From: Squalus acanthias | Taxonomy: Eukaryota | Assembly (NCBI GenBank): GCA_030390025.1 | Contig: CM059438.1 | Location: 59,150,001-59,214,000 of the forward strand | Length of the DNA stretch: 64,000 bases | Reading direction: 5' to 3' | Shown: positions 26,500-38,088 of the stretch, piece after piece | Layout: each line of letters begins with the position of its first letter | Position numbering within the stretch: position 1 is the stretch's first letter | Program-made: the position numbers and the translations under genes | Notes under the pieces: generated by a model | What the model was told of the DNA's origin: nothing | The model's database searches: none | The model's input: the letters and a program-made list of their open reading frames with translations, nothing else

Positions 26500-28399
26500 C
26501 TATTCACCCTTGTGCAATCCCTTAGTGCCTGTCGTTACTGTGCCTTTGCCTACTCTAGTGCTCCTACGAATTGTTGGCCCAGTGGCTGCAGCACGGCTGG
26601 TGGAAGGCTGCTGAGTGTCTGTGCGGGAGACTTCAGATGGCCCTGCAGGATGCGCTCGACCAGCTCTGGGCCTGGACGGCCCGGCTGTAGACTGCACCAC
26701 CTCAGGCTGGGCGGCAGGCAGTCTGGGCTGGCTGAATGACAGGCAGCGACAAGGGCAATGGTGGGGTGATAGCGATTGGACCAGGAATGCTGTCATCCTG
26801 CGAGAGGACAGCAGGTTCCTGCTCCACTGACCCACTGCCACTCCCCCGGGGCAGCACCTCAGCATCGCTAGCAATCTGTTGGAGCACAGATTGCTGGCCT
26901 GCTCTGACACCATGAAAGCCCCGGTCGATGGTGGTAGATCCAGCCACGATGGCAGCTGTCAGAGCTAGCATGGTGTCAAGCTGAGACTGCATGAGAGCCG
27001 TCTGAGATTGGATGCCACCAACTCCATTACAGCACTAAGACGTTTCATCGCTTCCACCTGTGCTGCAATGGAAGCTGCCAGATCGCCCATCATATGCGTC
27101 ATCAGGTCTGCATCACCACGGTCTCTCTGGGAGTCCACCATCCTTTGCAGACTGGAAATGATGGGCGCCATGGTGTGCGCAGAGCCTTGTGCAATGTTGG
27201 AGGCGGACTCCTCCACGCTCCTTACCATTGCCGAGAGGCTGTCGGGCACCCTTGCCATTGCACCTATCATCTCCGTGTACATGCCCATCACCCTTCTTCT
27301 AAACACCTCCACATCGAGGTCCTCATCTGAGTCCGGTGCAGCAGAACTCACGCACAAACTCGCCCTCCGGGGAGCTGGCCCCTGAGCTACCCTTTCCCCC
27401 TGGCCTTGCTGCCGCCCACTCGTCCCTGGTGTCTCACCCTGTGCAGATCCTGCTACGATACCAGCCTCTAAAGAAGGCGTAGTGCCAGTATCTGAGCTGG
27501 TGCCTGTGGGTGAGACATGCAGTGACACGGTGCATTTTTCCTCCTCCTGTTCTCCCGCCTCGCTCTCTACGGTGCCCTCAGGGACAGGCTGCTCAGGTGC
27601 TTGCTATTTATCTGAAAGTATAAAGGCACAAGAGTTGGGTTAAGGTGAGGGGGGGTGGCAGGGAGGGAGAAATGCATGGATACAGCGTGATTAGCTGGAA
27701 AGTGCGAAAGGCTTGTGGGGTGAGGGGGAAGTGGGATGTTAGAAGAAGGAATTGGGATGAACATACTGTTGTTGTCTCCAAGGGGGTCATTGCGCCGGAG
27801 GCCACGGCGCCCACCACCTGGCGCCCAATAATCTCCAGCACTCTATTCTCCAGCGCAGACAGTGGTTGGGTGTCGGCTTGTCCCCCGCCTGTGTGCTCCT
27901 GCTCCCTCCTGTTGTGAGCCACCTTGGCCTGCAACAGAAAGGAAAGTGTGTGAGTGAGTGTGGAGCAATGTGTTTGGGAGATGTGCCTGCCATTGTTGAA
28001 TAGCTGTCATTGTGTGCAAGGTGTGAGATGTGGTTGTGAGTGTTGGTAGGTGGAGATTGTTGGTGGGTGAGTGCTGGGGGGTGTGGTGCTTTGGGCAGTG
28101 TGTGCAGACTGAGGTTCAGGTGGTGGTATGTAGCATTTGTTGAAGCATTCATTCACCCTGATCACCCGAGTGAGGTTGTTAAACTTCTTCCTGCACTGTG
28201 TGTGGGTCCTGGGGACCACAGTGCTGCCCGAGACCTGCTGGGCTACCTCCCTCCACATGGTGCAGAAGACTTGCGGCGAGGGCCTCCTGCCACTTGCCGG
28301 GTAGCACACCGCCCTCCATCTCTCCACAGCGAACACCAACTCCTCCAATGCTTGATCGTAGAATCTGTGGGCTCTCTCCCTGGGGGGTGGATCTGCCAT
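26500..28399 (-). pseudogene. Myb/SANT DNA-binding partner gene of H1; exons 28399-28157, 27928-27767, 27611-26500
   Basis: RERAHRF...WREVAQQVS...PRTHTQCRKKFNNL; GT-AG introns (GTGAAT and GTATGT donors); exon 2 AKVAHNRREQEHTGGG; frameshifts and stops in exons 2-3. Confidence 0.85.
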
Positions 28400-28616
28400 G
28401 AGTACACCTGGTTCAGTCCTCCGGCTCCTTCTCCTTGACCTGTTGTTGCTTGCTGAGGCAGCTGTACAGCCAGCAATGCTGAGAACGAGGTTCTGCAGCA
28501 TCAATGAACCTTCCCTTTAAGAACTGAAAAAACCTGTGGCAATCATGACTTGCGATTAGACTGCACCAGATATTGGTCCACCCTTTGAGTGTACCGCCAA
28601 TGAGCTTGGGCTTTAA

Positions 28617-29509
28617 GGGGGAGAAATTCAGTATCGCCCCATTTGGGGCGCAATTATCGGCCGGGCGCAAAGATTAGCGCCTGGCGCTAATTATCGCCAC
28701 CGACTGCAAACTTGACTTTTATCGCCCCTGGAGGTGATTGGAGCGCTAAATCAGGCACTTCACGCCTGTCTTAAGGCGCAAAGGCCGAGGAGCGAGGCGC
28801 TACCTCAGAGCGCTGGCGAAGCTCATGTGATGTCAGTCAACAATGGAACACACACACAATGACATGGGCCAGTTCTTAAAGGGGATGGTTAATCTTGCTT
28901 TCCATCCACATCCTGCTCATTGCAGCCTTGAATCTCGGCCTGGAGAGACCTGCACATCAAATCTGCTGGAAAGATCAATGGAGAGTACCAGGCAAAGAGC
29001 TCAGAGTGCAGCCCCCTCAGTCTCTTCTAAATCGATACAAGGAATGGCAAATCAAAATATACCTGCAAAGTGCTGCTCAGTACCCAAAACTCCTTCACAC
29101 AACGTTGAATCTCTCCAGAAGTCTCTCTCTCTCTCGCTCAGAATGCGTAGTTCAAAAATGGCACCAACAATAAAAGGCAGGAAGTGGTCACCTTTAAATA
29201 GCGCTCCCCCTTTCTCTTCATGACTGCAGAACGCTCCCCTCAACCTGTCGTTGCTAGCGTCAGGCGGTAAGGCAGGGGGCGCCACTCAATATCCGCTCCG
29301 GGGCGATACCGGGGCGTTGTGCACTCGACTGACGTCATGATCTGCCGGCGCAGGAGATCGTGGCGGTAGTGTTTAGCGCCGCCGCAAAATGTCTAGTTAA
29401 TTTCGTGAGCGGCGCAAACTTCGCCACGCCTGGGTGCTAGATGCTTTTTGCCCCATTAGCGCCCTCTTAAGGTGCTAACGGGAGGCGCAACCAACTGAAT
29501 TTTTCCCCC
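28617..29509 (+). mobile_element. Non-autonomous Harbinger (893 bp), internal-deletion relative of H2
   Basis: TIRs GGGGGAGAAATTCAGT / ACTGAATTTTTCCCCC; TAA TSD at 28614-28616 and 29510-29512; left ~390 bp homologous to 34438-34825. Confidence 0.93.
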
Positions 29510-29777
29510 TAAGACTTGAATTAGTGCTCCAATCATTTCTTTGAGCAGTCAGCACGAATTTTGCGTGCAGTCTAAAGCATTAGCGCCTGGTGCTAAATCT
29601 CCAACTTTTCGAAGGATGCCGCCCATTCCTGGTCTGTAATGAATTTCTAACCCTTTGGGTTCTGCTAGCGAAGGAGCGGCACAGACACAATGGATCGAAT
29701 GACCTCCCTTTCTGCTGTAAACGCCTGTGGCTCGAAGGTTGTTGCTGTTGTTATATTGGCTGTTTTGAAATCTAAGT

Positions 29778-30608
29778 GGGTGATTTTCCCTGGATACTTT
29801 AGGTGCTAAAGAGCCTCCGCGGTGGCCAAGTTGGGGTCTGAAGCTGCAACGCCGGTTTAGCCCGCGTTTAATGCAAGGCGCCATCTTAGTAAAGGAGTTG
29901 AAGCTTGCGCTAGGAATGGCCGCCTGGAGTATGATTAAGCAGATGACTGACAATAAAATTGCCTGCTAGCCCTCATTAAGGAAGCTATACGACTTTTGAA
30001 ACACATCGGGAGACTTTCTGGGTCTCTTTGTCAAGACTTTACCAACACTCTATAGCAACATTCATTACAGAAATTCTCTGAAGACTTCAGCTAAAACGAG
30101 TGAGTGCATCTTGCTCGGGTTCCCTCTTGGTCTGCAGGAGGAATGGGAGGAGGACATGAGGCCAGGCAGAGCAGCACCAGCTGCTGCAGGAGAGAGGGAC
30201 AGGAGGGCGAGGTGGCCTCCTTCCTCCCTGCCGGTACAGGACATCCCTCCTCCTCTGGACCTCCTCCACCAGGACCCCCAGTGCCGTGTCCGAGAACCTG
30301 TGCGCCCTCTCCCTCGGTCCCTGAGCCATCCTGCAACGTGCCGCTGTGCGTCAGCCAGAGCACTCCACACCCACAGTGGAAGTGGGTGCGAGGAGCCCAC
30401 ATACACTGCTCCAGGAATGTTGCTTCCAGTCACCACTTGAGTGTTTAACCTGCAGGTGTCAGTTTCAGCGGCTGCAGGCACAATAAATCATGATAATCAT
30501 CAATTAGACCAAAGATTGCCTGCTATATCCAGACTTACAAACAGGCGTTTCTTATTAGCACAGCACCCATTTAGCACCTGTTTTTACCCTTTGGCCAAAA
30601 TTAATTTT
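29778..30608. mobile_element. Third, internally deleted Harbinger remnant (H3); ends uncertain
   Basis: Minus-strand Myb N-terminus MAQGPRERAHRFSDTALGVLVEEVQRRRDVLY (from 30329) abutting a plus-strand stretch resembling a transposase N-terminus; TAGCAC/GTGCTA subterminal motifs. Confidence 0.65.
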
Positions 30609-31197
30609 AGGGGCACGGTAGCGTAGTGGTTATGTTACTGGACTAGTAATCCAGTGGCCTGGACTAAATGATCCAGAGACACGAGTTCAAATCCCACCAC
30701 AGCAGCTGGTATCAGTAATAGTAACCACGGAACTACCGGATTGTCGAAAAAATCCATCTGGTTCACTGATGTCCTTTAGGGAAGGAAATCTGCCGTCCTT
30801 ACCTGGTCTGGTCTATATGTGACTCCAGACCCACAGCAATGTGGTTGACTCTTAACTGCCCTCTGAAATGGCCTAGCAAGCCACTCCGTTGTAACAAACC
30901 GTTACAAGAAACAATAATAAGAATGAAACCGGACGGACCACCCGGCATCGACATCAGCACCGGCTTCGGACACAACAACGGTGCACCCAGCCCAGTCAAC
31001 CCTGCAAAGTCCTTCTCACTAACATCTGGGGACTTGTGCCAAAATTGGGAGAGCTGCCCCACAGACTAGTCAAGCAACAGCCTGACATAATCATACCTTT
31101 CAGTGAACGTCCCAGGCGCCTCCATCACCATCCCTGAGTATGTCCTGACCCACCAGTAGTGGCGGCACAGTGGTATACAGTCGGGACGGAGTGGCCC

Positions 31198-34100
31198 GGA
31201 TTACTCCCGGTGCCACGTGCTAGTGAGTACAGGAATAGGAGGACAGAACAGATGAATGCGTGGCTGGAGAGATGGTGCAGGAGGGAGGGCTTTAGATTCC
31301 TGAGGCATTGGGACCGTTTCTGGGGAAGTTGGGACCTGTGCAAGCCGGACAGGTTACACCTCAACAGAGCCGGGACCAATATTCTCGTGGGGAGGTTTGT
31401 TAGTGCTGTTGGGGAGGGTTTAAACTTAGCTTGGCAGGAGGATGGCCACCAGCATATAGGAGTAGAAAAGAGGAATAAGGTGCATAAAAGAGTGAATGTG
31501 TTGGATAGTACTAGAGGCGGTAGTAGTACCATATTAGATAGGAGCAGACTAAGAAAGACTATGAAAAATTCAAAAATGGGTTTAGAATGCATGTACGTAA
31601 ACGCACAGAGTGTGGTGAATAAGGTTGGTGAGCTACAAGCACAATTAGCTGTGTGGCAATATGATGTGGCAAAAAAGGAAAAGTGGCTTAAAAACGGTGA
31701 GGACTGGACACTTAATGTACAAGGTGTTCAGAAAAGATAGGGAAGGAAATGGGGTGGCAGTGCTGATAAGGAAGACATTGTAGTGTTGGAAAGGGAGGAT
31801 GTTCTTGAGGGGGCAAGGACAGAATCCATTTGGTTAGAGTTGAGGAGCAAAAAGGGTATGATCGCGCTATTGGGGGTATTCTATAGGCCTCCAAATAGTG
31901 AGAGGGAGGTAGAGGAGAAAATCTGCAGGGAAATCGCTGAGATATGCAAGAGCTATAGAGTGGTGATATTGGGGGACTTTAATTACCCAAATATCGATTG
32001 GGATAATGCTGGGGTAAAGGGAAAGGAGGGGGAGGAATTTCTGAAATGTGTTCAGGAAAAATCCCTTGACCAACATGTTCTTGGCCCAACTAGGAAGGAG
32101 GCATTGCTGGATCTGGTGCTGGGGGATGAGGTGGGCCCAGGTCGACCAAGTGTCTGTGGGAGAACACTTTGGTATGAGTGATCATCGTATCATAAGATTT
32201 AGATTAGCAATGAAGAGGCGCAAGGAACAATCTAGAGTGGAACTTCTAAACTGGAATAGGGCTAACTTCAATGGGATGCGAAACGATCTAGCCAGGGTAA
32301 AATGGAACCAAAGACTGAAAGGAAAATCTGTAACGGAACAATGGGTGATCTTTAAGGAGGAGATGTTCCAAGTACAGACTAGGTACATTCCGACAAGAGG
32401 GAAGGGTAAGGGAACCAAAGCAAGGGCTCCTTGGATGACGAGGGAGATAGAGAAGATGATGAAACAAAAAAAGAGGGTGTATGATGCATGTCAGGTGAAT
32501 TCTTCAAGGGAGAACCAGACCAAATACAATAAGTTGAGAGGGGATGTGAAGATGAAAGTAAGATTGGCAAAGAGAGAATATGAGAGTGGAATGGTGGTTA
32601 ACTTAGAAGGGAGTCCAAAAGTCTTCTACCGGCATGTAAACAGTAAGCGGGTAGTAAGAGGCGGGGTGGGGCCTATTAGAGATAAAGAAGCTGATATATG
32701 CTTGGAGGCGCAGGGCAAGGCTAGAATACTCAATGAGTACTTTGTATCGGTGTTTACTAAGGAGGTGGATGCTGACAAAATATCAGTAGAAGTGGAAAAG
32801 GTAGAAGCAATGGAAGGGGTGAAAATTGATTGACAGGATGTACTAGAAAGGCTGGGTATGCTTAGAGTGGACAAGTCGCCTGGTCCAGATGACTTGCATC
32901 CCAGGTTGCTAAGGGAATTGGGGGAGGAGATAGCGGAAGGGCTTGCCATAATTTTCCAATCTTCCCTAGATGCGGGGGAGATGCCTGAGGATTGGAAAGT
33001 GGCAAATGTGACACCATTGTTCAAGAAAGGGTGTAAGGACAATCCTAGTAACTACAGGCCGGTCAGTTTAACATCAGTGGTGGGTAAAGTTTTAGAAACA
33101 ATAATCAAGGAAAAAGTTAACGGGTACTTGGAGAGGTTTAAGCTAATTAAGGAGAGCCAACACGGATTTGTAAAAGGCAGATCGTGTTTGACTAATCTAA
33201 TTGAATTTTTTGATGAAGTAACAGAGAGGATTGATGAAGGGAATGCAATGGATATTGTCTACATGGATTTTCGGAAGGCGTTTGACAAAGTACCACATAG
33301 AAGGCTGGTTAACAAAATTGAGGCTCATGGAATAGGTGGGTCAGTGGCAGCTTGGATAAGGAATTGGCTTAAGGACAGAAAACAGCGAGTTGTAGTAAAT
33401 GGCTGTTTTTCAGACTGGAGGATGGTAGACAGTGATGTTCCCCAAGGGTCAGTGCTGGGACCACTGCTTATTTTGATATATATAAATGACCTGGATATTG
33501 GATTACAGCGTAGAATTTCTAAATTTGCCGATGACACCAAACTTGGGGGTATGGCAAACAGTGAGGATGATACCAATCGACTGCAACAGGACATAGAAAG
33601 GCTAGCAGAATGGGCAGACAAGTGGCAGATGGAATTTAATACAGAGAAGTGTGAGGTGATGCATTTTGGAAGAAGAAACAGGGAGAGGCAATATACACTT
33701 AATGGCACAGTTTTAAAGAGGGCGCAGGGACAGAGGGACCTGGGAGTTAATGAGCATAGGTCCCTGAAGGTGGCAGGACATATTGAGAGAGTGGTTAACA
33801 AAGCATATGGGATCTTGGGCTTCATAAATAGAGGTATTGAGTACAAAAGTAGAGAAGTTATGCTGAACCTTTATAAAGCACTGGTTAGGCCACAACTGGA
33901 GTATTGCGTCCAGTTCTGGTCACCACACTTTAGGAAGGATGTGAAGGCCCTTGAGAGGGTGCAGAGGAGATTTACCAGAATGGTTCCGGGGATGGGGGAT
34001 CTTAGCTACAAGGACAGGTTGGAGAAGCTGGATTTGTTTTCATTAGAGCAAAGGAGGTTGAGGGGTGATTTGATAGAGGTGTACAAGATTATGACGGGTT

Positions 34101-34437
34101 TGGATAGGCGAGACGGGGAAAGACTGTTCCCACTAGTTGATGGTACAAGGACTAGGGGACACAGATTTAAGGTTTTGGGCAAGAGATACAGGGGGGATGT
34201 GAGGAAAAACTTTTTTACGCAGCGAGTGGTGAGGACCTGGAACTCGCTGCCGACGGAAGTGGTGGATGTGGAGACACTCAATGTTTTCAAGGGGAGACTG
34301 GATAGGCACTTGAGGGAAATAAACTTGCAGGGCTACGGGGATAGAGCGGGGAAATGGGCCTGACTGGATTGCTCTACAGAGAGCCAGTACGGACTCGATG
34401 GGCCGAATGGCCTCCTGCTGTGCTGTTATGACTCTAA
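31198..34437 (+). mobile_element. CR1 LINE nested in LINE-B; RT and C-terminal region open for 501 aa (32858-34363)
   Basis: ORF1 GLLPVPRA...DRLHLN; ORF2 GDFNYP, KSPGPD, NYRPVSLTS, QHGF, PQGSVLGP, FADD, RTRGH; ATGACTCT-type tail. Confidence 0.95.
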
Positions 34438-34796
34438 GGGGGAAAAATTAGGTCGCGCCCCGTTTGGGGCGCAAATATCGTCTGGACGCAAAAATTAGCG
34501 CCTGGCGCTAATTATCGCCACTGACTGGAAACTTCACTTTTACCGCCCCGGGAGGTGAGTGGAGCGCTAAATCAGGCGCTGCACACTTGTCTTAAGGCGC
34601 AAAGGCCGAGCAGTGAGGCGCTAACTCAGCATGCGAGCGCAGCGCAGGTGCTGCCAGTTAGCGAGGGAACACAGACACACTGGCGCCGGCCAGTTCTTAA
34701 AGGAGGGGGGGCCAACTTGCTCCCCAGCCACACCCTGCTCATTGCAGCCTTGAATCTCGGCCTGGAGAGACCTGTGAATCCATTTTGCTGCCAAGG

Positions 34797-36615
34797 ATGG
34801 AGAGGGTGAGAGAACGAGCTCAGCGCTTCACCGAGCGGGCCTTGGATGCTCTGGTTGGCGCGGTGGAGCGCAGAAGATCTATACTCTTCCCTGAGAGTGG
34901 CAGGAGGCCTTTGCCACGCGAGTACAGAAGAGTGTGGAGGGAGGTGGCTCAGAGCGTCTCCTCCAGGAGCATGGTGCCCAGGACCCATGTTCAATGCCGC
35001 AAAAAGTTCAACGACCTCACTCGGGTCGTCAGGGTGAGTGGCTTTTTCTCAATACCTCTCCATCCCTCCATCTCAACCTCACTCTATGGCCAGAGGGTCT
35101 TAAAACCCCAATGCACAACACTCATCCAACACCTATGGCCCTTTCATGAAACACACACATACATTCCACACTTTGCATACAGTAAGGGCTATTCACCTAT
35201 GGGAGGCACATCAGGCAAGACCATGGCTGCATACAGTAAGGGCTATTCACCTATGGGAGGCACATCAGGCAAGACCATGGCTGTATATTTACTCAGATGC
35301 TGTCCTTTTTCTTGCAGGCCAAGCTGGCGCATAATAGGAGACAGCAGCAACGGACAGGTGGAGGGCGGCCTCAGCTGCAACCCCTCAGCGATCTTGAGGA
35401 GCGCGTCCACAGGATTGTGCAAGCCAGGTGATCGGTCCCGTCGCCACTGGAGACGCCGACCCCATTCTGGACAGCAATGGTAAGGTCATCACCTTTTTGT
35501 CCTCTGTCCTTCCACTTGTCCCTCACAACACCAGCCTTTGACACTTTCAATCCAACTTGCTAACTCGCTGCACTTATTCCTCCCTTACTGCCACCCTGTC
35601 CTCACGCTAAAGCCACTCTTGTACCTCCCTGCTTTCAGATGGTGATTCACCAGCTGAGGAGACGGGCCCTGAAGCTGCCAGTGGGAGTGAAGCTGCAGCC
35701 GAGGAGGAAGAGGAAGCCGGAGCATCAGTGCCACCCTCTCCCGAGGAAGCCCATGCCCACACTGGGAACACGCCTTCCCTGGAGGGGAGCAGGGGGGAAG
35801 GGTCTGATGAGGGTGAAGCTCCAGGACCCAGCGGGCTGCAGCAACGCCATGGGGGTAGGGAAGAACGGGGGCCTTCTCCCCAGAGGGAGAGTATGCCAGC
35901 GACTCCTACTGCAATGGACGCAGAGGAGGAGCGGCTGATCGCAGAAATGAACACCCAGGCAGTGGGCATGCACACTGAGCTCATGGGTGCAGTGGGAAGG
36001 GTGCCCGAATGCATTGAGTCACTGGCAAGGAGTGTGGAGCACTTCGCTGTAGCACAGGCGGATGCCACACTAAAGCTTAGTGCTGCAATTCAGTCACTGA
36101 CTGCCGTGATCCCATCTCTGACTGCTCTCATGCAGACTCAGATTGAGGCCACGCGAGCACTGACTGCTGCCAACCTCGATGGTTCGTTCACATGTCCCCG
36201 GGGCTCTCACCGCGCCGCAGCAGGCCAGCAATCTGTGCTCCAGCAGATTGCTCCGGATGCTGAAGTGCTGCCCCGTGGGAGTGCCAGTGTGTCGGTCGAG
36301 CAGGGAGTTGCTGTCCTCTCTCACGGTGACAGCATTCCTGCTGCCAACACTGTCACTTCTCCACTGCACTTGCCACCGCCTGTAGGACAGACTGCTGCCG
36401 CCCATGCAGAGTTGGTGCAGTCTGCAGCCGGGCCCTCCAGGCCCAGAACTGGTCGAGGCTGTCCTTCAGGGGCATCTGCAGTGTCAGGGTCTGACAATCA
36501 GCAGCCTTCCACCAGCCTTGCTGCAGCCACTGAGGTCCCATTACGGAGGAGCAGTAGGGTTAGAAGGGGGGAAGTGCGCAAGGGAAGGAGATCACCCTCG
36601 AAGGGCAAAAAGTAG
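34797..36615 (+). pseudogene. Myb/SANT partner gene of H2; exons 34797-35033, 35318-35479, 35639-36615; one apparent 1-nt frameshift near 35420
   Basis: MERVRERAQRFTERALDALV...WREVAQSVS...PRTHVQCRKKFNDL; donors GTGAGT (35034) and GTAAGG (35480); adding 1 nt in exon 2 restores homology to H1 and the frame into the exon-3 ORF. Confidence 0.85.
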
Positions 36616-36927
36616 GAGGTGTGACAAAATGCTGGTCATTTTTTTATTAAAGGCCGAGGTTCGTGGTCCAACTTTTGTTTAGTGTTTTGGACATTATCTC
36701 CAGGTTGTGAGAACCAGTTATGTTAATGACTGTTTTTTTGTGTTTATTTCTATGAGTTTGTCATGAGGAAATGACACACACAGAGTTTGTAAAATAAATA
36801 AGTTTTTGTATTCAAAATATACATGTTTGGTGTTTGGAATCATTGGTGCCTTGGCCGGCTTAGGGGTTGCGTGCTGGGTTCATTGATGTTGTTAGCAATG
36901 GCAGAAGCCATTTCCACAGCAGGGGCC

Positions 36928-38088
36928 CTAGAAGCGGCTTGCTATCAGCCGTTGACGGACGGCCCTTGCAGTTTCACCATTGTGGGCCGCCCTCCCGCCT
37001 TGGTGCTGCTGATGATCATCCTCCTCGTCCTCTTCCTCCTCTTCCTCCTCCTCCTCTGGTGGTGCTCCAAGGCCTGGTGGCATTGGCTGGGTCCTGACGA
37101 TTGCCATGTTATGCAACATGCAGCACACAACTACGAAGTTGGATACTCGCTCAGGCGAGTACTGCAGGGCTCCTCCAGAATGGTCGAGACAGCGGAACCG
37201 TTGCTTCAGCACGCCGATTGTGCGCTCAATGATGTTCCTGGTAGCTTGATGGCTCTCGTTGTACCGCAGCTCAGCAGGGGTGTTGGGCGTACGGAGCGGT
37301 GTCATCAGCCAGGTGCTCAATGGATACCCCTTGTCCCCGAGAAGCCAACCAACTGGCTGATGCGGTGCCTCGAAAAGTTCTGCCACAGTAGTCTGGCGCA
37401 GGATGAAAGCATCGTGGCAGCTGCCAGGATAGTGGGCATTGACAGCGAGTATCAGCTGTCTGTGGTCACAGACCAACTGAACATTCAAGGAATGGAACCC
37501 CTTTCTGTTCCGGAAATCCTCGGCATTCTCATGTGGAGCACGCAAAGCCACATGCGTGCAGTCAATGGCGCCCTGCACCATGGGGAAGCCCGCTATCCTC
37601 GCAAAGCCCAGAGCGCGGTCACGCTGCTTGTCTAGGGTCATGGGGAAAGAGATGAACTCTCGTCTCCTTTTAAAGAGGGCATTTGTGACCTGCCGGATGC
37701 AGCAATGCACCGCGAACTGGGAGATATTGGCGAGGTCCCCAGCAGCAGCTTGAAATGAGCCAGTAGCATAGAAGTTGAGAGCCACTGTGACCTTCACTGC
37801 CACCGACAGAGACGTCCTGGACCTCAGTTGAGGCTGCAGATCTGGCTGCAGCAGGTGGCAGAGCTCAGTGACCACCTCCTTGCTGAATCGCAGCCTTCGC
37901 AAACACAGCTCCTCAGACATATGAATGTAGGAGAGCTGTTCACGATATACCCTGGGAGGGTAAGCTCTCCTGTACAGACGCCTGTTGGCCCTCCTCCGTC
38001 TGGCCATCATTGCCACTCTCTCTCTGCGTCTCTGTGTCCTCCGATTCAGCTGGAGCAGGACGACGCCCCCATTCAGTGCAGCCCCCAT
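36928..38088 (-). CDS. Intact Harbinger DDE transposase (386 aa from MGAAL), HARBI1-like
   Basis: Uninterrupted ORF with GAIDCTHV, FRNRKGFHSLNVQLVCD, YPGSCHDAFIL, LLGDKGYPL, ATRNIIERTIGVLKQRFRCL and CCMLHN; all three catalytic acidic residues present. Confidence 0.92.
   Translation of the reverse strand: MGAALNGGVVLLQLNRRTQRRRERVAMMARRRRANRRLYRRAYPPRVYREQLSYIHMSEELCLRRLRFSKEVVTELCHLLQPDLQPQLRSRTSLSVAVKVTVALNFYATGSFQAAAGDLANISQFAVHCCIRQVTNALFKRRREFISFPMTLDKQRDRALGFARIAGFPMVQGAIDCTHVALRAPHENAEDFRNRKGFHSLNVQLVCDHRQLILAVNAHYPGSCHDAFILRQTTVAELFEAPHQPVGWLLGDKGYPLSTWLMTPLRTPNTPAELRYNESHQATRNIIERTIGVLKQRFRCLDHSGGALQYSPERVSNFVVVCCMLHNMAIVRTQPMPPGLGAPPEEEEEEEEEDEEDDHQQHQGGRAAHNGETARAVRQRLIASRF

Larger units (their letters stand above)
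20920..29653. mobile_element. Harbinger element H1 (decayed two-gene PIF/Harbinger; left end lost; contains two MITEs and a CR1)
   Basis: Transposase on + and 3-exon Myb/SANT gene on -, convergent; probable right TIR GAATTTCTAACCC ending at 29653. Confidence 0.8.

Noticed and set aside
36928..38088. Calling the transposase and Myb genes host HARBI1 / NAIF1 / MSANTD orthologues
   Set aside because: They lie within TIR/TSD-bounded, multi-copy elements nested in LINEs, so they are transposon genes.
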